A stretch of DNA of 64,000 nucleotides, taken from the NCBI RefSeq assembly GCF_964194025.1, contig NC_134468.1, positions 83,824,001 through 83,888,000 on the forward strand, given 5' to 3'. A model generated the notes under the pieces. The model saw only the letters and a list, made by a program, of their open reading frames with translations, was not told where the DNA came from and made no database searches. The stretch comes from Convolutriloba macropyga. Lineage: Eukaryota. The translations under genes and the position numbers were made by a program. Of the stretch, positions 37,851 through 50,299 are shown one piece after another (within the stretch, counting starts at the first letter, position 1; each line of letters starts with the position of its first letter).

Positions 37851-38248
37851 AATTGCTCTCGAACTAAGTTCGTAGCAATTGTTGTTAACTTGTTGGTATT
37901 TTTATGCAACTTTTTCGCTTGGCTGTTTTTGCCCTTTTGTTCCAGAACATTCTTTGACTTATCAAGTGACTTTTTCACGCTTTCGTGCTTCATTTTTGAG
38001 TGATCGCTATTGTTCTCACTCTGAAATAAAGCTTTGTAAAATCGATTGCAGCATAGAAGAAAGAAGGACCTGATAGCCGAGTGGGCAGTGCTTCAGGTGA
38101 TGGATTGGGAGGTCCATGGTTCGAATCCCGGCGTGGGCAACTATTTTTGCACCCATCAAGAAAATTTTATCTAGGCTACAGCCCCTGAATAAAATTGCCT
38201 CGCCTGTCATTCGAGAGCAATTCTTCCGACAGTGTTCGGTTTGTGTTT
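37851..38248 (+). mobile_element. Family A element with tRNA-like internal segment
   Basis: Inverted ends AATTGCTCTCGAA / TTCGAGAGCAATT; 3' hairpin CCGAcagtgtTCGG; A box TAGCCGAGTGG (38074) and B box GGTTCGAATCC (38118). Confidence 0.8.
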
Positions 38249-38980
38249 TTTCAAGGTGGCCTTTGTTCTTAAATCTTATTTTAGCTAATAAATCATCGTT
38301 TAAATATCATTAATTAACTAGATAATCATAAATAATGTTTTAATTTATAGATGCGTTGATTTTTGTATTCGTAAGCACAGCAGTACTACGATCAAAACTG
38401 GTCATTAACACTGAATATTTCGTCGGCAATCCAGCAAGACAGCTGCTTGATACGTCAACTAATACCAACTTATCTAAACTCTCCAGTAATAGATGACCAG
38501 TTTTGTTCGTCGGACAGCTATATTACTTCATGCGAAGAACACGAAAACTTGTAAATTAAACATATTATACTACTGTCTTCGACACTCGTTATTTATGTTT
38601 TACTCTGTGGCCTTCCGCCTAGTTTCAGTCTAATCATAACTAGCTTCGCCAAAAGGCAGCTGTGCACATTTTTCCCTTAAAATCGCTTTATTTACTTATG
38701 TACATTACTTTAAATCCCTTTTAATGGCCGTATCTGCTAATTGACTTGGATTGTTCAATTTATGGACGCTTTTTTGTCATGTACATCTGTAAATTAAGTT
38801 CATAAGACTACTGCTTTTTGACACTTGTTTTTATTGGTTCTCTTCATGGTGCCCTTCGGCCTCATATCAATCTATTAATAACATCGAAAATCAGTAGTCT
38901 AATATACACAAAGTAAACGGTTGTGATCTCATAAAAAGGTTTTTTAGATTGTTTCAGGTTTTCAGCGACTGTATATCTTT

Positions 38981-39346
38981 TTAATTACTCTTGAACGAAA
39001 TTCATAGCAATTATTGTAAACGTGTTGGTCTTTTTTAATGCAAATGTTTTGTTTGACCATTTTGCGCTTTTCTTCTAGAACATTCTTTGACTTCACCAGT
39101 GACTTTTTCACGCTTTTGTTCTTCATTTTTGAGTGATCTCTATTGCTCTCACTCCGAAGTAAAGCTTGTTGCTAATATAAAGTCTGATGCAGCGCAGCAA
39201 ACATAAGGGCCAAATAGCACAGTCGGCAGTGTAGATGGTTGGTTATGGATCGGGAGGTCAGTGCAAAAAGTCCCGTCGTAGTCAAATGTTTTTTCCACCC
39301 GTCTGTCGTTCGAGAGCAATTCTTACAACATTAGTCGGTTTATGTA
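38981..39346 (+). mobile_element. Family A element with decayed tRNA-like segment
   Basis: Same ends; TAGCACAGTCGG A-box-like sequence at ~39215. Confidence 0.75.
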
Positions 39347-39383
39347 TTTATCTCTCATTAAATGGGTTTCTTCAATGTTGCAG

Positions 39384-39686
39384 GTTCTCTCCATCTTCCA
39401 CCGACTGAGTGTAGCCCTGCATCACTGCGTTGACTTCAGAGACGACTGGCGTGGGCGTCTCTCTGCAACAATGGACTCACTGCCTCTCCTGATTGAAGTG
39501 GACAACATGTCTAAAGTGGCGGAATCGGAGGGGAGTGGGAATAGCTCTGGAAGTAACAAGGAGAATAGTGGGGTGAAGGGTTCTGCTGGTTCGAACAGTA
39601 GTGGGAAGACTGGACTGCCGTGCTTGTCCATTTCTTCAAAGAGTGAAATTGTATACTCTCATGTCATGTGGACTATCATCATCAAG
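39384..39686 (+). CDS. ROCO exon 6 (COR C-terminal part)
   Basis: TTGCAG acceptor, phase 0; IFHRLSVAL...W.G pattern; AAG|GT donor. Confidence 0.85.
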
Positions 39687-40175
39687 GTTCTTATTAATTA
39701 TTCCCCTGACGTTTGCCTTTCTAACATAAGTTATTATTAAGAAGGCGAGCTGGGAAGTTTTTCTAGCTGAGGCTTTGGTTTGCTATCAATTCATGTTAAT
39801 TTGCAAAAGTCAAACTTGCATAATGATACCAACTGAACTGTAAAGTCTTTGATGTGAGTTATTCTTTATTGATGACTTTCCGACGTGCTGGGTTTGAGTA
39901 TACTATTGGCAAACCTTCTGTATCCTGTGCTATTGTACCATAATAGGTAGTTTCCAATAGAGGGGTCCTTAATGTATCGGGGAAGTGCCCAAAGCTCTTC
40001 CGAATACCATTGGTTGGACAACCTCGAAAAATTGTCCCGTAGGCATTTAAACTGAAAAATTTCCAATATATTGGTACCAGAGGTATTGACATCACTGCAT
40101 TTCCTAATTTAAACATAATTGGTTTCTCTAGAGTTGCTCAGTGGCCAATCTGTTATCACGATTCGTTCCTTTCAG

Positions 40176-40877
40176 GTAGTGGAGACGTTACTGAAACTGT
40201 TCCTGGAGTACCCTGGTCTCAACTACGAACTGCAGCTGATTTGTCCACATTGTCTGAAAAGATTCCCAAATAAGCAATTGAACGAAATGCAGCGATATCC
40301 GTGGGAACAGATCTTTTTCAACTTGAAAGACTTCGATACTGCTGATGACATCGATGACCTTGGGTTGAGTTGCCCTTACATGAACACAACTGAGCGACTG
40401 CCGACGTCACTTTTGATCCCTCAGCCAGTGGAGTTTGACCCAACCTTCACTCGCTACTTCGACGAAATTTTGCCGAGTTTGAGTCGCACAAATTGGAGAC
40501 AATTTGCGAAACGATTAGGAATGTCAGATATTCAAATTGACTCAATTCGAGACTCGGTTTCGGCTAGCTATAACTTTGCTCGACAGAAAGAACTGATGTT
40601 GATATTTTGGCATAGACTGTACATTTCTACGGCTTCCACAATCGATTTGGTTGAAGCCTGCAAGTCTCTTGGCTTCACCTTCTTAGTTAACAAGTTGACG
40701 GCATTGCAATCTAAGCTTCGCGTTCCTAGCATAATGAACCGTGGAGCTAACACGAACAGCCAAAGCAGCTTCTCAGCCAATCAAATTACATCTACGAGTT
40801 CGGCGACATCAGAGAGCATGAGTAATGTGTCGGAATCCTGTCAATCGATTTTTGAGGAGTCTACTCCTATCAGCTAA
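40176..40877 (+). CDS. ROCO terminal exon (COR end EYPGL...CPHC, then Death domain)
   Basis: Death-fold pattern NWRQFAKRLGMSDIQIDSI...MLIFW...ASTIDLVEACKSLG; TTTCAG acceptor; stop at 40877. Confidence 0.9.
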   Translation, partial: VVETLLKLFLEYPGLNYELQLICPHCLKRFPNKQLNEMQRYPWEQIFFNLKDFDTADDIDDLGLSCPYMNTTERLPTSLLIPQPVEFDPTFTRYFDEILPSLSRTNWRQFAKRLGMSDIQIDSIRDSVSASYNFARQKELMLIFWHRLYISTASTIDLVEACKSLGFTFLVNKLTALQSKLRVPSIMNRGANTNSQSSFSANQITSTSSATSESMSNVSESCQSIFEESTPIS

Positions 40878-41399
40878 ATTTTGAAGTTTATATTTAGAAA
40901 AAATGGCGACTCATTGGTGCTTATTTGCGTTGAATGACATTTGCTTCAGTGTTTCACCAGCAGATCGTAATTTGAATTCTAATTTTACTTACGGTCAGCT
41001 ATAGCCTTCACTCTCGACAGTTTGATTAAGACACCTTATCGAGACATAATCTAACTAATTGGAGTGCAAGTTTATTTTAAATGGCCGGAGAAAAACGTGC
41101 TTGAAGAGGGAATGATAGGAAAAAACGGCAAAAGATCCTATGGTTTCTGACGGATACAATTTTTTTTTCAAATGTGCGATCGTAGTTCAAATGTACAAAA
41201 TAGGGACTGGAGATGTCAACAATTTGACGCGTTGGACTGGTGTTTTAAGAATGATTATGCGTTTCAAAATCGAAAAAGTTCTATCAGCACTTAAAAGATG
41301 CGGTTATTTCGCGGGACAAAAGCATAAGCTTAAAGTTCAGAAATTAATTCGTCTCTATTGAGTCTACTTTAAAGAAAATGCAATTTTTACTTAACATAT

Positions 41400-42960
41400 G
41401 TATGTTAAACAGCATCCAAAATGAAACATGTATGACGGGATAGAGATTCATTAAATACAGGTAAACCACTCGGTCCTTCAAAAATACCAGCGTGGTCAAT
41501 AAAAGATACTAAAACAGCGCTAGCTGAACCACTTTATCTCATTAATCATTTCATCAAAGAAGGACAATTTAATGGATATCTGAAATAAACCTGTGTAACT
41601 CCTCTTTTAAAAAAGGAAATCCCGAAGACCCATTCCATTATAGACCTATTTCCGTCACTTCCGCTTTGTCAAAAATGTTTGAAATGGCAGATAACAGAGT
41701 TCAAATAATAGATTTTCTCAAATAACACATTTCTTGGAAAGTGAATTATTACTGTCTGTCTGTCAGTCTGGTTTGGTTATAGAAAAACAAATTTTCCAAA
41801 TAACAGATTTCTTGGAAGGTGAATAACAGATTTCTCATAACAGATTTCGTGGAAAGTGAAATATTACTGTCTGTCTGTCAGTCAGGTTATAGAAAAAAGT
41901 TTTCAACAATTGCTGCTAATTTAAAATCTACTGAATGAATTAAATTAGAACTCAACAGGAGAAGAACAGTTACAGGTGTGTTTTAGATCTTTCTAAGGCT
42001 TTTGACTCAAAAAATAGTTTTAATGAGACTGAAATATAGATTTTGACGAACACTCTACCAGTTCAATAGAGAATTATTTGAGTAACAGAACACAGAGTTG
42101 CCCTAAACGGAATTCAATCAGATTGGATAATATTAAAAAAAGGAGTTTCACAAGGTATTATTCTATGTCCTCTGTAATACATTTACGTGAATGATTTAGC
42201 GAAAATTATAGAAGACTACAGTTGCTCAGTATGAAGACGACACTTTTATTTTTACATCCAACATTGATGAAGTATCGTCCAAACTTGAACATATCATCTA
42301 AAATTATCGATTTTATACAAAGTCACAATTAATAGTTAACAAACAAAAGACAGTTTTTAGTGTTCAGCACCAGGAAGAAGTTAACAAAAACCGTTTTGAA
42401 TGTCGACAACGAAAAAATAACAGAATTAACTAGTATGAAGTATCTTTGCGTATTTTTAGATAGCAAGTTTGATGGAGAAATGAAAAACATACTTCATAGA
42501 GTGGCCTGTGGAATAGAAGTTTTGGGTTTTATAAGTAAAAGAATGCCGGAGAAAACAAAAATTATGTTACTTATTGCAAATGTAATGTACATTTTTGGGC
42601 TTTTGTTTGGGTGGGTGTGCCATAAACTTTAATTGCAACGTTGGAAAAACAATTAAATTGGGGAATTAAAACTTGTATAAAACTAGTATAAAACTGTATA
42701 AAACTAGTATAACAATGAAGTTCACTACCATGAGAATAAAGCAATAGACATGTCAAAGAAATTTTTGTTTGATATAAGAAAGAACATTTAGTTTTCAGCT
42801 GATTCTTTTTAGCACAAACCATTCCAATTTACAATAGTTTGCCTGCTAACATCTTGAAACCATTTCGAGAGCGTCTTTTAAAAAGAATTGAAAGAACTTT
42901 TTTGGAATGATTTTTTGAAGAACAAAGTAATTGATATACAAGATGGCGTTGAAAGCATTT
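41400..42960 (+). mobile_element. Decayed non-LTR retrotransposon (CR1/L2-like) reverse transcriptase
   Basis: Frameshifted motifs VTPLLKKGNPEDPFHYRPISVTSALSKMFE (~41595), DLSKAFDS (~41990), GVSQG (~42142), YVNDL, QYEDDT (YADD) and KYLCVFLDSK. Confidence 0.9.
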
Positions 42961-43477
42961 GACTCTAATTGTTAGTTACTTTGCAAGTATTCACGCTGTA
43001 CATTAAATTGTGCAAGAAACTTTAAGCTTGCTTTTGCTGATGTATGGTCCAGTTCTTTAAATAACCTATAAAACGGTTTTTTAAATTTCACATAGTGATT
43101 CATTCATAACTGTACATCGCCTATATACCATTTCTTATTTGTAATAAATGAATTAATGTTTTTATTGTGAGTCGCGTGACTAATATTGATATAGCATAAG
43201 TTTAAACAGTCTAAAGTTACTTTCTAAGCTAGATAGGTATTTGAGGTCAGTAGTAGTGAAAATGCCAGCTTTTTAATGGGGGATGGCGGGGCACATACCC
43301 CCGCGATAATGCCAGCTTGACTTTTTAGGTACCCTTGTTCAAAAAACAGTTTTAAAAATGGCTTTTGGCTAGGAAAAATTGTAATCAGACTAATTAGGGA
43401 CTGAAAAACCAAAAGCGACTAAACTGATAGAGTTCTGAGGGAATGGTAAAAGAATATGGTCCAAATTTGATCTGTTT

Positions 43478-43990
43478 TAATTGCTCTTGAACGCAGTTTG
43501 AGGCAATTATTGTAAATGTGCGTGTCGTTCCGCAATTTTTTTGCTCGACCTTTTTAAAATTTTTGTTCTAGTACATCCTTCGATTTCTCATGTGACTTTC
43601 CCACGCGTCACTTCATTTTAAGTGATCTCAATTGCTGTCATAGTTTTTTGGTAATATAAAAGAAATTGTTAGCGGCGGAGGATCAAAGCCATTGTAGCTT
43701 AGTATTTAAGCTGTCCAACTGCTATCCTGTAGTTCGCTGGTTCGAACCCCGGTGAGCTTCGAGTGTTTGCAGCCATAACGAATTTTCTAAGCTGCACCCT
43801 CAATCAAATTGCCCCCACCTGTCGTTCGAGAGCTTCTCTTAGTTGTTAAGATGTAAAACTGCTGTCCTGCATCTCGCTGGTTGGAACCCCGATGAAGGTG
43901 TTTGCAGTCGTTATTACTTTTATAAGCTGCTCCCTAAATTAAAATTGACTCGCCTGTCGTTCGAGAGCAGTTCATCTGCGGGTAGTTGTA
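43478..43990 (+). mobile_element. Family A element with tRNA-like segment and duplicated 3' end
   Basis: A-box-like TAGCTTAGT at ~43695; B box GGTTCGAACCC at 43739; 3' module CCTGTCGTTCGAGAGC present twice (~43818 and ~43952). Confidence 0.8.
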
Positions 43991-44499
43991 TGTGTAGGTG
44001 TATGTTTGTTCCAATGTAAGAAATTTCATAGTTTTGTGAGTCTGAGACCACAAAAGTGGAAATAATATTTGGGGTTTGAATGCCCATATGTTTGAATTAA
44101 GTCAGCGATAAAATTGAAAACTCTTTATATTTCCAACTTAGACGTTTCAATAAAGGTTTCGAACTACTAAAACGGTGAAAGAGTTGATAGGGGACAAAAT
44201 GACGTGAAAATTATAAAAAATTAAAGAATCTGTGGTCAAACATTTGTCTGAAAATTCGTTCGTGATTTTATGTACTCAGTACTGTGTGGGGAAATGTGTG
44301 TTATGGGTTTAATCTAACGTTTACAAAATTAATGATGAAAAAAGTTGGAGTTGAGCGTCCAAGGTATTTTTGGGTCATTAAATTTTGTCAAAAACTTAAG
44401 GTGTTTTTTTGTATTGGAGTTTTTGATGATAAAAAAGTCGAGTTTTCCTCGATCAAAATGTAAATCTCTGAAAATTTTAGACATTTGGAACTGTGATAG

Positions 44500-47400
44500 T
44501 GAAATTATTGCTGATGAATCGGTTGTTGATTAAAGTAATATTTGGTGTTATTTTTACTCAATTTGCATTTTTTGATGCAAAATCTTTTGTTTTCGAGGTA
44601 AAAAAATGTAGACTAAAGCGGTTTTTCTTTTTCAAAAAGGAATTTACAAGAAAGATGTTAAGTGAAACAAGTATACTTGAGTAATTTGTTGTTGAGTGTA
44701 TTTTCTGTTAGTTCTTTGACAAAAATTGAAAATATGTTCATTAAGGCAAACCCTGCTGTATTGAACAGTGTTTCAGCATGAAACCTCTTCCCTATTTGTG
44801 TCACATTAGTTGAAGCTTTAGTTGAAATTTATTAGAGTTAAAAACAGCATGTTTTGACGTTTTCACCGGCCATTAAAACATTTCAACTTCTGTTAAAGAT
44901 CGCTTTGAATTGGTATGTAGAACTTCTGTGCAAGGTAGACATGACAAGCGTGGGGCACCAAATAAACTTGCCTAAGTCTGAATTTGAGTTCTCTTTTTTG
45001 GACATAGGTTCTTTTTCTGAGCTATGGATACTTCAAAAAGTCAACTATTGAACTGAAAATGAAATAACTAATTGATTTGCAATGAAAAATCTTAGCTTTA
45101 CAGAAGAATGTTGAGGGTGTAGAGGGAAAATGTGATGTATCATTCACCGTAGCAGGTTTTAGTGGTTCGCTTACCGCGCAAGGACTTGTTGGTTGGCAAT
45201 TAAGTTGGTTCCAAATAAGTGGACGAGTTCAAGATCTCCCCAGTAGCCTTCTCGATTTTCATGCAGTGGATTTTTGTTACGTCTTAATCGTAAAATGTTT
45301 TTACCACATCGTCTAATGGAACTGGGTCGAATACAAACTCTGACGAAAGAGGTTACAAAATCCATTATGTACTGAGCTCCTTTCATGAGACCCTTATCAA
45401 TTAAAATTGACTGAATCCATCCAAACATGACAACAGGAAATGCCTGGTAATTTACTGTGACCCAGTCATCCATGTGATGATCTTGCTGAAAACTGTTAGC
45501 AGTCAGTTTTCTGTTCGTTGCATAAGCAATTCTTCTATCATGCGTTGACTCAGCCTTCAGAATAATGGCGGCCAGAGGAGGCATTTGCAGTATGGTCTTT
45601 GGTTGTTCAATAATTTTGATGACACACCAAACAAAAGGAGTTGATCGAAGTAATTTGAAAATTTTATGCTGTCATTTTGTTTTAAACATAGTCACTCGTG
45701 TTAAGAGAGACTGGGAAAATTTTCTTATGAACTGCGATCCTGTCACCTGGTGTCGACAAGTAATATTTGGTGTTAATTTACTCTATTTTATGCAAAAGGT
45801 CATTATTGTGAAGTTGTTTTTAGAAGTAAGAATGTAGAATAAAGCAGTTTTTCGTTGCCAAAAAGGAATTTACAAGAAAGATATCAGATAGCAGTTTGGT
45901 AAAAACAAATATATATGTGTAATCCTTGTTGAGTATATAATTTGTTAGCTCTCCGTCAAAATTTTAAAACAAGTTTATTCCGGCAAATGCTGCTGTATTG
46001 AACATTGTTTCAGCGTGAAAACTCGTTTTCCTTATTTGTTTCACATTGGTTGAGACTTTGAGTGAAAAAAAATTGGAGATCAAAACAGTATTTTTTGACA
46101 TTTTCAACGGCATTTAAAACAATTTAATTTCTGTAGAAATCTCTTTGAACTGTTATGTAGAACTTCTGCGTGGTAGACATGACAAGCGTGGGGCACCCAT
46201 CAATTTTGCTTAAGTTTGATTTTGAGTTCTCTCTTTAGCACATTTGTCTAAAAGTAAAACTTGAAGTTCCTTTTCTTAACTCTCGATACTTCAAAAAAAG
46301 AAAGTTTTTTGAAGTATCAAGAGGAGAAATTGACATTTGAAGTAAGGTCTTTGGTTGTACAATAATTTTGATGACACACAAGGAACATTGAAATCATATG
46401 CTATGATTTTGTTTTGAGCATAGTCCCTGGTGTTCTAGAAGAGACCGGCAACATTTTCTTTTAAACTACGTTCTTGTCACCTGGTGTCGACAAATAATTT
46501 TGTGTTAATTTTTACTCAATTTTTTTAAATCAAATGGTCAATATTGTGAAGCTGTTGTCTTTCGGAGGTAAGAATTTAGAATAAAGCAGTTTTTCGTTGT
46601 CAAAAAGGAATTTACAAGAAAGATATCAGATAGCAGTCTGGTTAAATCAAATAAAACTCGTTTCTCTTTTGTGTCACATTAGTTAAAGCTTCTGGTAAAA
46701 AGTTATTGGAGATCAAAACAGCATGTTTTGACTTTTTTACAGGCTATTAAAGCAATTTATTTTCTGTAAAGATCTTTTGAATTTTTATATGGAACTTCAG
46801 TAAATGGTAGACATGACAAGGGTGGGGCACCCATAAAAATTGCGTAAGTTTGATTTTGAGTTTTTCTTAGCACAGTTGTTTAAAAGTAAAACTTGAGGTT
46901 CTATTTCCTAGCCCTTTATACTTCAAAAAATGAACTTCGTGAACTGAAATTAAAATTACAAATTCATTTGCAATGGAAATGTTAGCTTGGCAGAAGAAAA
47001 ACACACGCACAAGAAAATCCAGAAAGGAATAATGCTCGGAAGATCAACTGGCTTGTTTTGAGATGTGCATGGAAATTGTGATGTCTCATTGACCGTAGCA
47101 GGAGTTAGTGCTTCGCTTACCGAGCTAGAACTTGGTTCGCAAAAATTTTGGGCTCTTTTTTTCGGATTTCCAAATACTTTGGACGAGTTCAAGATCTCTG
47201 CCGTAGCCTTCTCGATTTGCATGCAGCGGATTCTTGCTACGTCATAATCGTAAGAAAGCTTTTACCCTATCGTCTAATGGAACTGAGTCGAATACAAACT
47301 CTGACGTAAGAGGTTACAAAATCCAGTATGTACTGAGCTCCTTTCATGTGACCTTTCTCAAATGAAAGTGACTGAATCCTTTCAAACATGACAATAGGAA

Positions 47401-47545
47401 CAGCCATGTGATTAACTGTGACCCACTCATCCAGCTGATGATCTTGCTGCACAATGATTGCGGCCAGTTTTCTACGTGTCATAAGGAATTCTGCTATCAG
47501 GCGTTTACGCAGCATTCAGAATGATGGCCAGAGGAGGCATTAAAA
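44500..47545 (-). pseudogene. Tandemly rearranged decayed coding relic of unknown family
   Basis: Paralogous ORFs 45171-45584 and 47267-47515 (DxWVTVNxxAxPxVMF...MKGAQYIxDFVTSxVRVCIR); GTAGACATGACAAG.GTGGGGCACC block present three times. Confidence 0.5.
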
Positions 47546-48844
47546 AAATTTGTAATGAAGTTTTTGGATCGATTTCTATAAGCACTTAATAAATTACCTT
47601 CAATGGTGACTTGAAATTAAATTGTCTAATATGTATCCTTTAAAACATATTACGATCATTTGAACCTTGCATTTCTGTGGTGTGGAAGTTAAGGATTACT
47701 GTTCACAGTAGGTAGAAAAACGTCAACTACTTAGATTAATAAGTAAACACTTGTGAAGAACACCACCCGTTAGAGTCTGCAATACTGATTTCATCATAGT
47801 TTTAGAGGCAACACAAAAGTGGCGAGTCCAGTCTTTGGCATTCTATACAAAATGACGTGATTGCATCTCTTTCCGCTTCTTTTTGTCCAATACGAACAGC
47901 TCTGTCAATTTTTTCATCCCGTTATTAAAAAACTTTGTCGTTGAGTTGCTCTTATTTTTTTATGTCTTCAGCAGAAATCGGCCACTGCGCCATCAAATTG
48001 AGCAACAACCTGCTTTGTTCATTTAGCATTATGATCAAATGTTGAAGGGAATTTCATGCTTAAAATTTCATGCTAAAATCAACGTGGCCGAAGAGATATA
48101 TGTCAGTACTGGGCACAGACGAAAGTCGATAGTTATCACCGTTCGCCAATACGTGTACTACGTCTCATAGTCGCACTCCTTTTTAAATCCATAGCCGATC
48201 AAGCTTAAGGGTTAGGGTAAACATGGTTCGTTTCTGATATAGCGGCCCTCGGATTCGGACCTGCCTAGGAACGATCTCTAGCATCAGGAATGGACCTCGA
48301 AACGGACCGGGAATTCCTAATCAGAAATGGACCACAAATCCTCAGAAATGGACCTTGACAGATTTTCAGATACGGACATCACTTTTGGGCTCAGGGGAAC
48401 GGATCGAAAACGGACCCTCGTAGAAAAATCCCCAAAAGCCCTAAAAAAGTGGGAATTGAATCCCAAACGTGTGAAATGATCACAAAAGGCTTTTACAAAC
48501 CAAAGTAAGTCCGATAATGAAAGAATTTGTGGTTCTTGTATCATTTTGGTAGCCCTCCTCCTTTCTCATCCTGGACTTGGGACCAGGCAATGGCGGAGTT
48601 ACCACCCATCGACATTTAATGGCGATGTCGATATTCTACCCCAAGACATCCCTATTTTGCGAAGGATGTCGTGTGGCCTGCCCTTTTAGACAAAGGCAGT
48701 TTCAGTCATCTGAACCAGTTAGCGGGTTCAGACAACTCTTGAGACCACAACAAGCGTCTGTTTTTGATGTTTGTCGATGTGTATCGGTGCTCTTTGTTGT
48801 TCTTGCATTTTGTTGCTTGCTGTGTTTGATGTTTTTGAGTGCGC

Positions 48845-48882
<38 letters not shown>

Positions 48883-50299
48883 GTATGTCGTTGCTGTATG
48901 CCATTGCCGTTTGATAAGCATTTAGTTTTCCTTGTCAATTAATGTCGATTAGCCTGCATCTTTCTGACTGAAACAGGCTTTTTGCAGCCTTTGACGATGC
49001 TGCCGGTGAGCTTACCAAGCCCTGGGTCGAACTCGGTTCTCCTCCCATCTTCGTCGCGTTTCCTCATCCTCGTGGAAGACCTCCCGGGGAACAGAAATTC
49101 CCCTCCCATCTTCGTCGGGTCTCCTCATCCCCGTTGAAGATCTCCCGGAGAACCTACCGTCGATTACTCGCTTGGGGTTCACTCACCGTATCCAAATTGT
49201 TTTCTGCGAAATGTGTTTGTCCTATCTGCACCAATTGACAGATACAGATTACTTTTGTTGTAGTTTTCGTTGTCTTTGGGAGTCCAAGCTCTGTTCATGC
49301 TGAAGTTGTTGATGTTGCTTTGAATTCGTTGTTGTTGTCGTCGTTGTATTTCATTTATTGGTGCTGTTCATAACGTTGCTGCTGCTGTTCTTGTTGTCGT
49401 TGTCGCTTTGAAGTCGTTGTTGTTGTCTCGTCGGTCGAATAAATCGTACATGGAAGTCCCACCTCCTTATCTCATCCTGCGCTTGAGAGAAGGCAATGGC
49501 AGAGTTCCCTCCCGTCCTCCCGTTTTTTTTTCGTTTTTTCATCTTTTTTATTTTTCTTTTGTGGGTTCTTTTTTCCTTTCTCTTTTTTTGGATTTTCTTT
49601 TTTCTCTTTTTTTTTTCTCTTTTTTTGGAATTTCTTTTTTCTCTTTTTTTGCGGGTTCTATCTTTTCCCCTTTTTTTCTTTCTTCTTTCGTGGGTTCTCT
49701 CTTTTCCCTTTCATTTTGATTGAATTACTGCATTGACTATAACTGTTTACAAATAACAAATAGTGAGCATTCCTTCCGAAGTAATACATAAAACAATAAA
49801 ATTAATGTTGCAAGTAATCAAATAGGAATGACTAAAACCAAAAATGCAAATTTTTTTGTCAAGAATGCTTACAATTTGTTCCAAATTATCATCAGCTTAG
49901 CAAAATGAAATTAGAAGTTTGAATTTTTGTTTCGATTTTATTTCCCAAGCACAATCTCCTCCGTTCGGGTTCTGGAAATGCTTGTCAACTACTTTGAAAA
50001 GAGTTTTGAGAGCGACTGGGTTCATCGGTAATCCGGAATCTCTGAATAGTTGAGAGACGTTGCAACGAGAGTCGTGCACATAGATTGTAATCTTCGTTGG
50101 ACAATTGATATCGTTGTTGAGAAGAACGCTGTTTTCTTGTTCTCAAGAACTTTGCAGCGGTTTCCTCTGTCAGTTCTTCATCTTCCTCTGATCCATCGTC
50201 GTCGTCGTCAAATTTTCGCAACTTTTTTGTTCCTCAGGCCTCTGTGTCAGAATTATTGTCATTACTGTCACTTTCCCAAGAGTATTCAATGGCTGGCTG

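Noticed and set aside
38066-38140. Functional tRNA gene (also 43688-43760)
   Set aside because: A and B boxes are present, but the acceptor and anticodon stems do not pair convincingly, and the segment is embedded in a repeat family.
48207-48218. Telomere or interstitial telomeric array
   Set aside because: Fewer than two TTAGGG units; noted only as an element-end feature.
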